From Phoronis australis (Eukaryota > Animalia > Phoronida): DNA of 64,000 nt. Positions within the stretch are counted from its first letter, which is position 1, and each line of letters starts with the position of its first letter. The stretch is taken from contig NMRA01000814.1 of the NCBI GenBank assembly GCA_002633005.1, positions 1 to 64,000 on the forward strand, in the 5' to 3' direction. Below the pieces are notes generated by a model. The model ran no database searches and had not been told where the DNA came from. It saw nothing but the letters and a program-made list of their open reading frames with translations. Positions 1 through 11,896 of this stretch are shown one piece after another. A program made the translations under genes and the position numbers.

Positions 1-747
1 CTGAATGTCGCTACTGAGGTAATTAATGACACTCCGTTTGTTTACAGGGCTTGGAATTTTTCTGTTTTAAGATGATTTCTTTTTTGGTTTCTATTTGTTT
101 CTAAGATTTATATGAAAATGTCCCAACTTGTCTGGGCATAGCCATCCTGTGCCGGTACTTTTGCACAAGTGAGCTCGGTTACTGAAGGACTGCCAATTAG
201 AAATGATCGAAAGGCTACAGGTTTATTATCATAGTTCTTTATTTAGCGACTATGTATCTGCTGTCTAGTTTGAGTGCACATTTTGGAATTAAGAAAACAT
301 TTCAAAGGCCAGTCCTTTGAAAGGATGAGTCAATTTTATCAGTGTTCCTGAAGCCTGCGTGTACTAAACCCTAGAAAAAACAGTGCTGTAAAACTAATTC
401 ACGCAAACTGGTCTTCCTTTCTGATCCATTGTAAAAAGTTTTTTGTAGGTATGTTTAAAATGTGTACTAGCTGTCTTTTTTGTGGTTGCTTGAATTAGGT
501 TGTAGGAAACACAGGACCATGTTTTCGACTGTCACCTTCTTCAGGTGATTCAAAAATGTGGTGTCGTATTTTCATTTTCGTTGATATCACATCTTCCTGT
601 AATGCCAATTGGTTTTACCCATTAATTGCAACTACCGGCATATATTATAGACAACAGATTCGCAATTATATTAGTGTAGTGGGCCCGGCCTAAGCATGCC
701 TGTTGTACCGCAGAAGGCATCAGGTCACCTCCACTCTTTTAACAGGA

Positions 748-1082
748 TTTTTCGTAGATAAGCCCCCCCCCCCTGATGAAACGCCCATGGATGTTTATTC
801 GGTGTTACAACTTCTGGTGTCAGATGTCCAGATAGTGGGGCGTTTATTTGGAAAAATTCCATGTCAACTTTTTTAATAGTCACAATTTCAGTTTTGTGTA
901 GTATTTATCAAACAAAGTGTTGGCAAACCCAGAAGGGCTGTTTCACTTACAAAAGTACACATCGCGCCTTTTGCTGGCATTTGGGTAACCAAAACTATAA
1001 CTTTCCGTTTACAGGCCCTCCTTTTCTGAATAAACGCACAGGCGTTTATTTGGTGTTACTGAAACGCCTGAAAATTTTCTAA
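748..1082 (+). repeat. Partial copy of the dispersed TIR element also present at 58905-59626
   Basis: Shares TTTTCGTAGATAAGCCC..CTGATGAAACGCCCAT, AAAACTATAACTTT and TTTATTTGGTGTTAC blocks with the 58.9-59.6 kb element. Confidence 0.6.
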
Positions 1083-4000
1083 TAGTTAAAATCAACAACG
1101 ATGTTTAACAATGATATTGTTGTTTCAGGTGGTGATACACAAGTCTGATGTACTCTACAAATTGTGATGTAAAACACAACTTGGTTCGGCTCGTGACTTT
1201 GCAGAATGAACTTGAAGTCTCCGAGTTGTGATAAGCACGAAAATGTGTGTGGTGTAACAACTTGTAGCAACATTGGGTTTGACCCCAGAGTGACACTGTA
1301 CCGTGCTGATTAGGCTGTGAGTTGACCCATGATGAGGACACTTCCTAGAATGTTTGGAGTGTGTTCAGTTGGGTTACCATCTTCTGAGAACTCGCTAGAT
1401 CACATTAATGTTATGCCAGCTGTCGTCAAGGTTTTGCAAGCTAGTTTATAATCTCACTTGTAAAATGGCTGGCTCAGAAAGTGATTAGTCAGATATGTGA
1501 AAGTGATGAGTAGTGGGAAAAGACTTTTGCATTTACACGCAGAACACTTCTAATTCGCTTGTTTAGTGTGACGTTATTTTGACGTTTTAACCCAGCCAAA
1601 TAAAATTAAAATGCCAAAATGAAAAACAATGATAATTAGGTCAGGTTTATGTGGCCCAGTAAATTACTAAGTACTTCGAAAATTATTACCTCATCATGGA
1701 CCTTGTGAATCCTAATTCTTCTGAACTCCCCCGGAGCATACAATGGGTGCAAATGATGTCGGAGCACACTAACTTTTCCAAATGCATAACTTCGTTAACA
1801 TTTCAAGTGCTAAATTGCCTTGCCACTGTGGTTTCATGAATCGGAAAAACAGTGATGTCACTGGATTTCTGTTCCTGTTGGTGGATCCAACTCTCGTCAT
1901 TATTGGTGTTAAACGCATCATGACTAAACATGCGAATAAAGTTCTGTACGCCTTCTATTTCAATAAAATTTGTAGCCAAGCTTTCTGGCTTGGTCTTGCT
2001 AGTTACTAACTGAACACTCTTCTGTTGATGTTGACTGGTTAAGGGACTACTGAGGAAGTTGCTAAAAAGCAGACGTGACGTTTGGATTGGAGATGTTTTG
2101 AGTGCCAGCTTGCACCTTAGCAAGGTGATTCGCGTACATGGATTATAATAAAGGGGTGGAATGGAGTCGCTGACGCAAAATAGTAGACTATGCAACTGGT
2201 GACCCGTGTCAAAGTCTTAGGCATTGACTTTTAATTTGAGAATTCTGCTCATGAAGTGCGTTGTACCAAATTCTGTTAATTTGCTGCTATAAAGAATCAG
2301 GCAAGGTGAAAAAGATTATACTGGATGGCTGAAAGAGACACTGTCGGATTAGAGTCAAGTTATTGAAGCTGTAGCTTGTCCTTGATGGAAACAGCCGATG
2401 AGGTATGGGATTCCTTTTATGATCTTTCTTTTTACAAGATGTATGATTTGTGAATTAACTGGAGGTGTGTGGAGTGTTTATTTTTTTGCAATAATTACAT
2501 AAGTAATCCAGTCTTCTATTTAATTTATTCAAATAGAAAATTCAAATTTATTTACAATTTCTACCACTGTGAAAAGGTTCCCACAGCGCATTTTTAGTTT
2601 TTGATCGGTAATCCTTGCGTGAAAGGAACCGTTTTACCCATTTTTCTTCATTAAATTCTTGTTTGATATCAGTGCCGCCCCCCCCCCCACCCTAAAATAG
2701 CAAATAGGGTGGACCTCTGCTGGATCCCATTTGTAACATTTTGATGCACGTGCACAGGAACCTCGTGAGATTTGATGCAGTTTCGTGTTTAGAAGTTTCG
2801 TTTGGGCTAATCAAAAGATCATTGGGTGCAACTACCTCCAGTGTGACCTTACGGGGTCAAAGTTTCCGAAAAGGGATTCGATCTGGGACAGAACCTGAAT
2901 GACCCGTTGAAACTAGTAAACAAAAATGGTGTCAGGTATGTAGACCCTAATTTACGTCATGTTGCTCATTTGCAACAACATGCTTTAGTTAAAACAAAGA
3001 ACCTAATTTTCACAAATTTAATAAGCCACACACTGCTCTAAATTACATTTTGTAAAGAATACTAAACTATGTTTTACACAATTATACTTCTTTCCATATG
3101 TTCATAATATAAGTCAAAATTACTTAATAGTTATTTCTAACTAAATCACCACTCATATCGACGTCATTTTGAAATCAATACGTGGAGCACAAAAATAAGG
3201 GGTGTTCAAACTAAAATAGGAAATTTTTTCACTGCATTTTTCTAAAATTTCTAATTAAACTCATTGTGGGGCCATGACCACGATAAGTCACTATGTTTAG
3301 GATAAATTCAGTGTTTTAAAACATTGTTTCTGTTTATAACAGTTCAACAAGTCACTTCTGAATAAAGTCGCAATCAAGTTAGCATTGTACTTCCAGCAAG
3401 ATCGTTATGAAGCTCTATCACAGTTAAATCTTAGCTATAGCTGAAATTAGAAGAACTTGCCTGTTATCAAAAACTTCACATATTGGTTTGCACTTTTGAA
3501 CACTCCCTCCTGGCTTTGCAATCATCATAACTGCAACTGGTTCATCAAAGATTTTAGAACCTTTGGGCTTATTCCATTGTTGTTGCATCTTTGTGGCCCT
3601 TGAGTAACTAATCGGTCATTATATGTGTGGTAATGTAACAACATTCACCAGATATACTGAAACGAGAAATATCATTGTACCATGAAATTATCTTAATGAG
3701 CAACTGTTTTCATGCAAAAAAATAATAAGTTTGGGTAAAGTAACATGGTGAAAAGTGTTTTCCTGGTTTTCTAAATTATTGGGGGCATGCTGATGGTGAA
3801 GGTCAAACTTTAGTAACAACTCGTCCTTGTAGGTTGAAGACGTAAGACCCTTTTTTCTTCCGCAAAATCTGTGTCATGCTGAATGATGGCGTGCGTGCAC
3901 ACACGCCATGTCAGTTTGGTGGTCGTTAGTGGATTCTACTCCAGACAAGTACCGCTTGTGAGCAGTAAATGTCTGATGTAGCGAGATGGCATGTCACGCT

Positions 4001-5451
4001 GATGCTTCAGATATACTTCTGGGACATCCCTCCTTCCGATTTCTTCCACCAGAGAGGCCAGGGTGTCCGTGTCCAGTGTCTGCACGGCCGCATGTCTCTC
4101 GCTGTCTTTCCCATGTCTCTTAGAAGCAAGACTGCATTCTTGGCTGCCTGAAGGATACCCGACAGTCTTGCCACCTGTCCTTTGGCCTTGGTATACACTC
4201 CTATAAATAAAGAAAAAATCATCAGACGGTTATACACAAATATTTTCCGTCTTATTCAATCACTTCATACTATTCTTAATAGCGCTTAACAGAACAATGC
4301 GTAAAAGCACATAAGCGAAGCGTTTCATGTGATTCCATCTTCCTTTTTTCATATTTTCTTAGAGTACTAAAAATGCTTCAAACTAAATGTAAAAATGTTA
4401 ATCAGCAATGTTGAAGAAACAATAAATTAGAAATTATGATATTAATTTACTACAAGTGACATATATAGTTACAGTTCATTCAATATAAAGGATTTATCAG
4501 GTGGACTTTCAGGTTAAATAGGACCCTTAAAATATCCAAACTGTTCTAAATTTGGAACAAAGTTTAGATACTGGCTTTCACCAGATACAGTAAATTCAGG
4601 GGGTGATTCAGAATTTTCTGTGCAGTGCCAAATTATTATTTGTCACCAACTTGATCCATGGTTTCAACTCTTGTCAGATTAAATTAAACGAGATGAACTA
4701 TTGTAAGATTTATATCGAGTCATAATCTTATGAAGGCAGGCCTGGTCAAGGATCCATATTGTGGCATGCCCACACAAAAAGTCAGTAGAACTGACAAATT
4801 TATGTGAAATGTTGGTCATTATTATCTATGCTGTTTGAGTATCATTACTAAGTCAATTTTTGGCTTTGATACAAATCGATTGAACTCTTGATTGACTTCT
4901 CAATATTATTGACAATAAGTAGGGATCTTTTAGAAAAAATACACCTGTGCTTAAAGAATGAAACAAATACGAAAAACATTAATGGAAACTTAGTCGAGTC
5001 CCTATTTGGGATTATTTCATGCAGCCGGCCACAGGTGTCCCACATACAGACCACACCTTGGTACATGATATACACAAAGTCAACAGCATAATTCTTGAGA
5101 TATCTGCAAACATTTTTTATGCAAAAATAGGTTTTTTTGCTGTGACCAGGATAACGAAACCAAGGACAAAATCATTTGACGATATATATTACAAACATTT
5201 ACTATTAACACTTTCCATTTTGAAAAGGGAATTTCCACTCATTCCTTTTTGTGCCTGAAAAGTTGCTGATTTTTTTCTGCACCTAAATTTCCAGAAATTT
5301 CTGCACATGATACAACAGAGTTCTGAAATGCAATGGAGAATGTCGAGTTTTAAGCGAAAAAGAAAAAATCTATAACTTTCAGGCATACAAAGAGAATGAG
5401 TAGAAATTCCCTTTCTAAAATGGAAAGTGTTTGATTCTAATGAACAGTATA

Positions 5452-6986
5452 TCACTTGGTTAGCAACTTTTCCCATAAATAATCCTTGAAGATGTTGAGG
5501 AGTCTCGGCACATTGTACTTTCCCCACTCCTCGCATCCTTGCACAGTTACAAACTTCCATTCTTTTTCCGTCCAATAAACGAGGTGCCCAGCCATCCTAT
5601 CGGTGAGGTGCACGTGGCCTTGCACTTGGTGCCAGTGGGCGTGGTCCTTATTTATTTCAACACTTCCATCAGGCATTTTAACAAGTGCCATGATAGGTCG
5701 TCCTATGGCATCCTGGATTCGTGTGGCCGACTTCGATGTTGATAGCGAGTATAAACACTTGATTTCCAGTAAGCCGGCCTCACCAACCAGTCTGTCCGGG
5801 TTGCTCCAATGATCCCACTTTTATGTAGGAAGAGGCCGCAGGGGTCAGTTTTCAGACCAGTAAACTTTTCAAACATAGCAACAGCATCACCGTCATGCAC
5901 AACCCCATACATCACTGACTTAGCTCCCTCCAAGTGGTATTCCCCCAATAGCTGTTTGTAGAAACTTGGAGGGAACGAGTTTCTTTTCAACTGAATGATT
6001 GTTCTGCCGAAGTTACTAGCTGCCAACCTTCCTTTTCTATATGTTGACCACTTTACATTGTTTCGTTGCCCCCTGGTTACTTCTTCGACATACTTTATCA
6101 TGTTCTGAAACAAAATATGAAGTGGTAAAGGACACAGTGCAAATAATTACCACGTATGTTCTGGAAAGTGTCCACATTCTAAACACCACCCCAAACTTAA
6201 ACAAAATCCCTTTTAAACGCCTACTTGGTATTGCTTTTAGCTTAGCAACCACCCCTTTACATGAACTGGACTTTAAACAGTACATATAAATATAACGCCT
6301 TAAAAAAATTGTCATTTCATTTTTGTTTTCACTGAGAACGTCCCTCTGGACAATTACAAAACTTAAAAATGCTGTTATTGCTTCTATGACCTCAATAACG
6401 TAAGTTGGTCGAATTTCCACTTCAAGACGAAGAGCCTGTTCAAGAATGTCGTCAAATGTCTTTACAGTCATGCTTGAAGGGACGGCAGGCTCCATATGAG
6501 TAGGGCAGCTATGTGATGGCACTTGAACTTTCCTGTGGGGCACGTGCAAACAGTCATGTCAATACTTCGATCATCCTTCAGTGTCACCTAAAAGTGATAG
6601 GCAATGGTTAAAAACACAAAATCGATACCGGTAGAGTTCCATTAAAACATTTGTCCCCCGACTCGCCTCCACGAGCCGAGAGAAAGTAGGTCAACTATCG
6701 TACATTTAGCTGGGCCTAATGCAACGTAACTAGTGCGTTGATTTTGTGCCGCATGGAGCACGTAAGAGGTTAATTTTACAGAATCAGGCTAACTTGAATA
6801 TAGTAACATAATATTAGTTTTATATCATGCGAACATAGTTTACCTTGACTTTGTATGACTTGTCCTTCATCGAAGCTTGAATACTGCAGAACTCGATGCT
6901 GGTAGCTGTGTCTCTGGAGTCACAGACAAAATGTGACCAGACGTCACCAAGTTTTCACCTTTTTGAACCAGCTCGTCAGAAAACAG
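5452..6986 (-). pseudogene. Intron-containing SWIM zinc finger + YqaJ (lambda-exonuclease-like) gene remnant, the accessory ORF typical of ISL2EU/KolobokE-type DNA transposons
   Basis: Exon ending 6844 encodes IQASMKDKSYKVK. Exon from 6587 encodes CTCPTGKFKCHHIAALL (CxC..CxH SWIM). Exon from 6104 encodes W..YRKGRLAASNFG, GLFLH..GIIGA, LLEIKC and HWHQVQG. Frameshifts near 6890 and 5800; the 5' part is lost in the N-gap. Confidence 0.8.
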
Positions 6987-9230
6987 NNNNNNNNNNNNNN
7001 NNNNNNNNNNNNNNNNNNNNNNNNNNNNNNNNNNNNNNNNNNNNNNNNNNNNNNNNNNNNNNNNNNNNNNNNNNNNNNNNNNNNNNNNNNNNNNNNNNNN
7101 NNNNNNNNNNNNNNNNNNNNNNNNNNNNNNNNNNNNNNNNNNNNNNNNNNNNNNNNNNNNNNNNNNNNNNNNNNNNNNNNNNNNNNNNNNNNNNNNNNNN
7201 NNNNNNNNNNNNNNNNNNNNNNNNNNNNNNNNNNNNNNNNNNNNNNNNNNNNNNNNNNNNNNNNNNNNNNNNNNNNNNNNNNNNNNNNNNNNNNNNNNNN
7301 NNNNNNNNNNNNNNNNNNNNNNNNNNNNNNNNNNNNNNNNNNNNNNNNNNNNNNNNNNNNNNNNNNNNNNNNNNNNNNNNNNNNNNNNNNNNNNNNNNNN
7401 NNNNNNNNNNNNNNNNNNNNNNNNNNNNNNNNNNNNNNNNNNNNNNNNNNNNNNNNNNNNNNNNNNNNNNNNNNNNNNNNNNNNNNNNNNNNNNNNNNNN
7501 NNNNNNNNNNNNNNGGTATCGAGCCAGTAAAGGACCAGTACCACGCCATTACTGGGCCAGTACACCAATAACCGGTTTCGGCCCTGTAAAGGGCCAGTAT
7601 TGACAGACTGCGTTGGCCCAGTACAGGGCCATTGATGGGCTCCTATGAAGCCAGTACACTAGCTGTGACTTACAAGAAGAAAAGATTCTTGTTCTTTAAT
7701 ACTTTTATTACTATGAAACTGCTCAGGTAAAATACTTACAAAAAATTATGAATTATACAAATAACAACTAAGAAACTAATTATTTTGAACAAAACTGTCT
7801 CGGGCTTATTAGTGGACTGTCAGCTTCACACAGTCTTCATCCTCCCTCCCTGTCTCCAGCGTCTCGGAACATGGTGCCTCTTTTACTATAAAGTTTGCAT
7901 TAGCATTACTGTGCTCCTTGACCACAATCCCTGAAATAAAACAAAAACTGCTTAGTATCTTTGAGTACAAACTAAAAGACTCCACTATACATTTTCCAGA
8001 TAAGTTATGCATAATAAGAAATACCTAAAGACACTGCATATCATTCCAACAAGAAACTTATTTGCAATGTAGAATCTGCAAGATATAAATGTTTCACTCT
8101 TTCTTAACACAAGTATTACAGCTGGTTGTAGGACTTCTGATTCTTGTAATGAATATTTTCAGAAACTACTTTTTATTCATCACATTTCTTCCCAAAATGT
8201 CTATTGTGTATTTTTTACCATTTTTAAATTCCTAAAAAATACTTCACAATCTTACAAAGTCTTATGAGCATCAATTGATGGTTTTGCTCTGTGTTTACAC
8301 ACAATTGACACTGAGGTGACCTTTTCAACTTTNTTCTGGTCGGAAGTGTCATACCTTGTAGTATTATATGTAGTGTATTGGGGACGATCAGAAGCTGAGG
8401 ACGCCTGTGCATTGAACGTCCATCACGACACTAACAGATCTACGTTTAGGCTTCGAGCGAATCCGAGGCACGTAGGTCGGGAAGGGTTTCCCCCTCTCGT
8501 GTAAGATTTGTTGTGTTTTTTGGGGCACTAGTCGGTTATAATGAACCCTAACTTATTCCAAATAAATCCACTAGGTGTGGGACTTGTTGTGAACCTCTGC
8601 TAAAAGTTCAGTCAGGCCCCTTATAGGCTAACTCATTAGGGCCGGCGCTCACCTGCATTTTTATCTTTCGTCTTCTCTCTTAGTCTTCAGACACCTCTTT
8701 CTAGCTCTGCAGAACACTAACTAACTAATATCTACACACGAGGGCTACCCGCATAACCCAAACGAGGCTGTCACCTCTGAGCATAGTGACCCGGAACTTC
8801 CAGAGTTCACTACACTCCTCCCCCTTTTATTTAAAGGTGAGGTACCCACAAAAAGCCCAAAAAACAAGGAGAGACTACCAGTGCTCAATCCTGACAACCG
8901 TCTAAAAAGTCTTAAACTACCTTGAGATTCCACTCAAGCCAATGGTTATATACATGTTTACGAAAACTAATAAATAAACGGCTAGACAGAATTTCTGTCG
9001 CCAATGGTCATTTACAGAATGAATGTACCCAGTCTAAAAAGTCCTAAATTAACAAAAACTTCATATGGTCCCAATTTGACCCATTTAAATATAGAAAAGG
9101 TACAAAACTACAAAACTAATACAAACGGCGAGGAGTGAACTCCTATTGCCAATATATACACAACGGCGAGGAGTGAACTCCTATTGCCATACAAAACGGC
9201 GAGGAGCAAGCTCCTAGTGCCAGTATCTCC

Positions 9231-10130
9231 TTAAAGGTAACCGCACAGGTGATAGAATATCACCAGCAATCTCCAGTGCAGGAGCAGGGCCACACTAGAG
9301 ACCTCCACTCCCTTCCTGTACCGGTCCGCCTCCAAGATGTCGCAGGCCAACTTGAAATCCTGGATATGGTTAGCCGTGTCCCCCGTAATCACCAGCTGTT
9401 CTGGCGCCCAAGGACTGTGTGCCACCAGTTTTAACACCTCGCTCCATTCCACCCCTGCTAGGTGATCCCGCCTCATTCTGTCAAGCCTTCCCATCCGGGC
9501 TCCGGCACGTGACAAGGTGGAAGCACCTGTCGTATGAAAAAGAGGAGGCAAATGCTCCTGGTACACATGCTCTCGCAGCTGGCTAAAACGCTCACTACAC
9601 ACCGGGCATTTCTGTAGCCAACGAGGCCCTCCCTGTGACTTCGGGAGGCGGCGTGGTCGGGGCGCTCCACACAACGGTCCTGGGATCACTTCAGGCTTAT
9701 CCTCCACCCTAACTCGTAGGGTGATCTTCTGCGGGGCCGCATCGGAGGGGTTGGTCTTTCTCACCGCTGAGTGGGATCGAGGCGCTGGCGCCTTGGCGGT
9801 GCCCTCCGACCCTCTGGCAGGTTCTCTCGATGTTCTTTCTCTTCCTCGAGGAGGATCCTTGGGGCGCACATCAGGGGTGTTGCTGGCCTTTCCTTTCCCT
9901 GGCGAGTCCTTTAGCCGCACATCCACTGCAGCAAAGTGGACTTTTGGCGGTGACTGTGTGGGAGGCTCCGCCTCGGACTCCGACACCTCGTCCAGGATAA
10001 TATAATCCGACAAAGACTCTGGCTGGCCAGAATCTTCACCCACCTCGGACACTGAGGAGTCCAGCTCCTGCGGGCTTCCTCCCGTGGTCTTCAAGCTCTG
10101 GGTCTTCTGCCCCGTGGAACCCGTGGCCAT
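9231..10130 (-). CDS. 299-aa ORF of an LTR-associated element: disordered N-terminus, C2H2-like finger (CPVC..LREHVYQEH) and C-terminal SVALLLHWRLL motif
   Basis: Uninterrupted 900-nt ORF in an otherwise decayed region; the ATG lies 1 nt past the LTR end at 10132. Confidence 0.6.
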   Translation of the reverse strand: MATGSTGQKTQSLKTTGGSPQELDSSVSEVGEDSGQPESLSDYIILDEVSESEAEPPTQSPPKVHFAAVDVRLKDSPGKGKASNTPDVRPKDPPRGRERTSREPARGSEGTAKAPAPRSHSAVRKTNPSDAAPQKITLRVRVEDKPEVIPGPLCGAPRPRRLPKSQGGPRWLQKCPVCSERFSQLREHVYQEHLPPLFHTTGASTLSRAGARMGRLDRMRRDHLAGVEWSEVLKLVAHSPWAPEQLVITGDTANHIQDFKLACDILEADRYRKGVEVSSVALLLHWRLLVIFYHLCGYL

Positions 10131-10131
10131 T

Positions 10132-10284
10132 TGTAGTAATAGCCGAGATTACCCGACCCGGGAATCGAACCCGCGACCCCCATAAAACCCGACAAGCGTG
10201 CTAACCATTCAGCTAATAGGCAATTGCCCGTTAGCGAGTAGCTAACAGAGGCTCATATAATTCACCGGAAGCACATCTACAACA
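10132..10284 (-). mobile_element. 153-bp LTR containing a tRNA-derived Pol III promoter (Helenus/TRIMp3-like)
   Basis: On - strand: TGTTGTAG...ACTACA ends, A box TAGCTGAATGG (10215-10205), B box GGTTCGATTCC in a CGGG/CCCG T-stem (10171-10161). Immediately preceded by PPT AGGAAAGGGGGGAA. Second copy at 57940-58081. Confidence 0.8.
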
Positions 10285-10516
10285 TTCCCCCCTTTCCTAC
10301 GGAACGGGCACGCGACAGGAAGGTGAACACCAGGATGTCTCGCATACAGGTCATCAACGTCCCTTGGTACCTTTACCACCACAACACAGGTGAACACAAG
10401 GTCGTCTCTCATACAGGTCCTTGACTCCTGGAACCTTCCATGCGCGCTGTCCCGAGGTCCGTGGGTACTAGTTGGCAGTGCTTCATCGGTAGATCATCCG
10501 TTTGCCGACTACGCCA
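10285..10516 (-). mobile_element. Short TRIM internal region from tRNA-Ser PBS to PPT
   Basis: TGGCGTAGTCGGCA (10516-10503) is complementary to the 3' end of eukaryotic tRNA-Ser (..UGCCGACUACGCCA). PPT at 10298-10285. Two internal ~30-bp direct repeats (10321-10351, 10388-10419). Confidence 0.75.
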
Positions 10517-10518
10517 TT

Positions 10519-10977
10519 CTTTAGTGCCGTTATCTGAGCATCCTTCTTCCCCAGTTTCGTCTGTAGTTGCTCTACGCTGGCCTGTAACTGTCCATGTGAT
10601 GACATCACACTTTCTAGGGTGGCAGCCATTTTCCTGGCATCTTGCTTCGATTCCGCTAAAGACTTCTGATTGGCCTGCGCCCTTGACTTCTCCTTCTCTT
10701 CCATGCTCTCAATCCGATTGGCCAATCGCTGACCCTCCTTTACAGCCTCATCTCGTGCCTGTATGGCCAGATTGAAATCTGATTCCTTTCTCTCCAAGTT
10801 CTTCTTCATCTGGTCAAGTTGACTGCTCAGTTGTTGAGTCTTGATTTTGCTAGCACTCAGGTCATTGTGGGCTTTAGAGTACTTTGATTCCACGGAGTTC
10901 ACTACAGCACGTATGCAAAGGGCGGGAACTTCATCTTTCAAAGTTCGCCGGTAGGATTTCAACTTCTGACCTTCGGC
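10519..10977 (-). pseudogene. CCDC150: Intronless fragment of a CCDC150-like coiled-coil host gene
   Basis: SLAESKQDARKMAATLESVMSSHGQLQASVEQLQTKLGKKD resembles CCDC150 as recalled ([26 protein letters not shown]). Polypyrimidine-CAG acceptor ends at 10978; no donor at the 3' end, where it runs into the PBS. Confidence 0.55.
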
Positions 10978-11379
10978 CTGGTTAAAAAAAAATGAAAATT
11001 TTGATTTCACGATTTTGGGAACTGAAATAGGGACTGATCGAAGAAAAAGTTTCATAACGGGAGTACTTGTTCGAGTTGGAAGGACTTAAACACATCGACA
11101 ACCTCCTAAGGTGTTCCTCTATGCGCAAAAGGTATTGATAACAACGTGACTTTGATGGTTTAGTCGGTGCGAGGCATAATTCGCCGAAAAGCTTCCGGCG
11201 TACAGAGCGCCTATAGCCTCTGCTTCGGGCCAACAGAGGCGATGGTCATTGCCTAGAAGATCAGAAGCCGAGAACGTCTGTAGTATAAATCATGTTTTGT
11301 ATACTCTTACAGACACTGGCATGGCATGCAAAGCGAAAAAATATGAAACTTACCTGAAANCATGTGTGTTTCACTGGGT

Positions 11380-11896
11380 CACTACAGCCATCCATATCAA
11401 ATGCGAAACTCAATAAATTTACACAAAACAAGGGTTCAGCAAACCATGAGCAATTCAAAGGTGTCCTCATCCTCTGTATAATCCTACCTACAAGGTATGA
11501 CACTCGGGACAAGGAATTCCACGGGTGGTTCACTACCAGGAGAAAGAAATTCGCAGTCGAAGAACAAAAATGTTCACAAAAAGCCCCCACACACGTTCTC
11601 CTTAGGCCCGTCGAGGTCAAGGACGGTACGGAAATTGCCGGTGAGTTACGCAAGTAGCGACATCATGACTTTACGCGACAATTCCCGTACCATCCTTGAC
11701 CTCGACGGGCCTAGGGAGAATGTGTGTGGGGGCTTTTTGTGAACATTTTTGTTCTTTGACTGCGAATTTCTTACGAAGTCGCCGTAACAGGACACCGTGA
11801 ATGGTATTGAGAGAAAGAACGATTCTTCATGGTTTGTTGAACCCCTGTTTTGTGTAAATTTATTGAGTTTTATGTTTGCTATGGACGGCTGAAGTG
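11380..11896. mobile_element. Foldback (palindromic) MITE with CAC..GTG termini
   Basis: CACTACAGCCATCCATA pairs with TATGGACGGCTGAAGTG; near-perfect inner arms ~11547-11640 and ~11680-11770. Confidence 0.75.

Noticed and set aside
1803-2195. 130-aa minus-strand ORF
   Set aside because: No recognisable domain and no consistent splice structure
6867-7603. Long ORFs in the ORF track
   Set aside because: Artefacts of translating through the N-gap; the same applies to 49809-50468
10150-10222. Possible tRNA gene
   Set aside because: A/B boxes and T-arm are present but there is no proper anticodon arm, and it is embedded in an LTR
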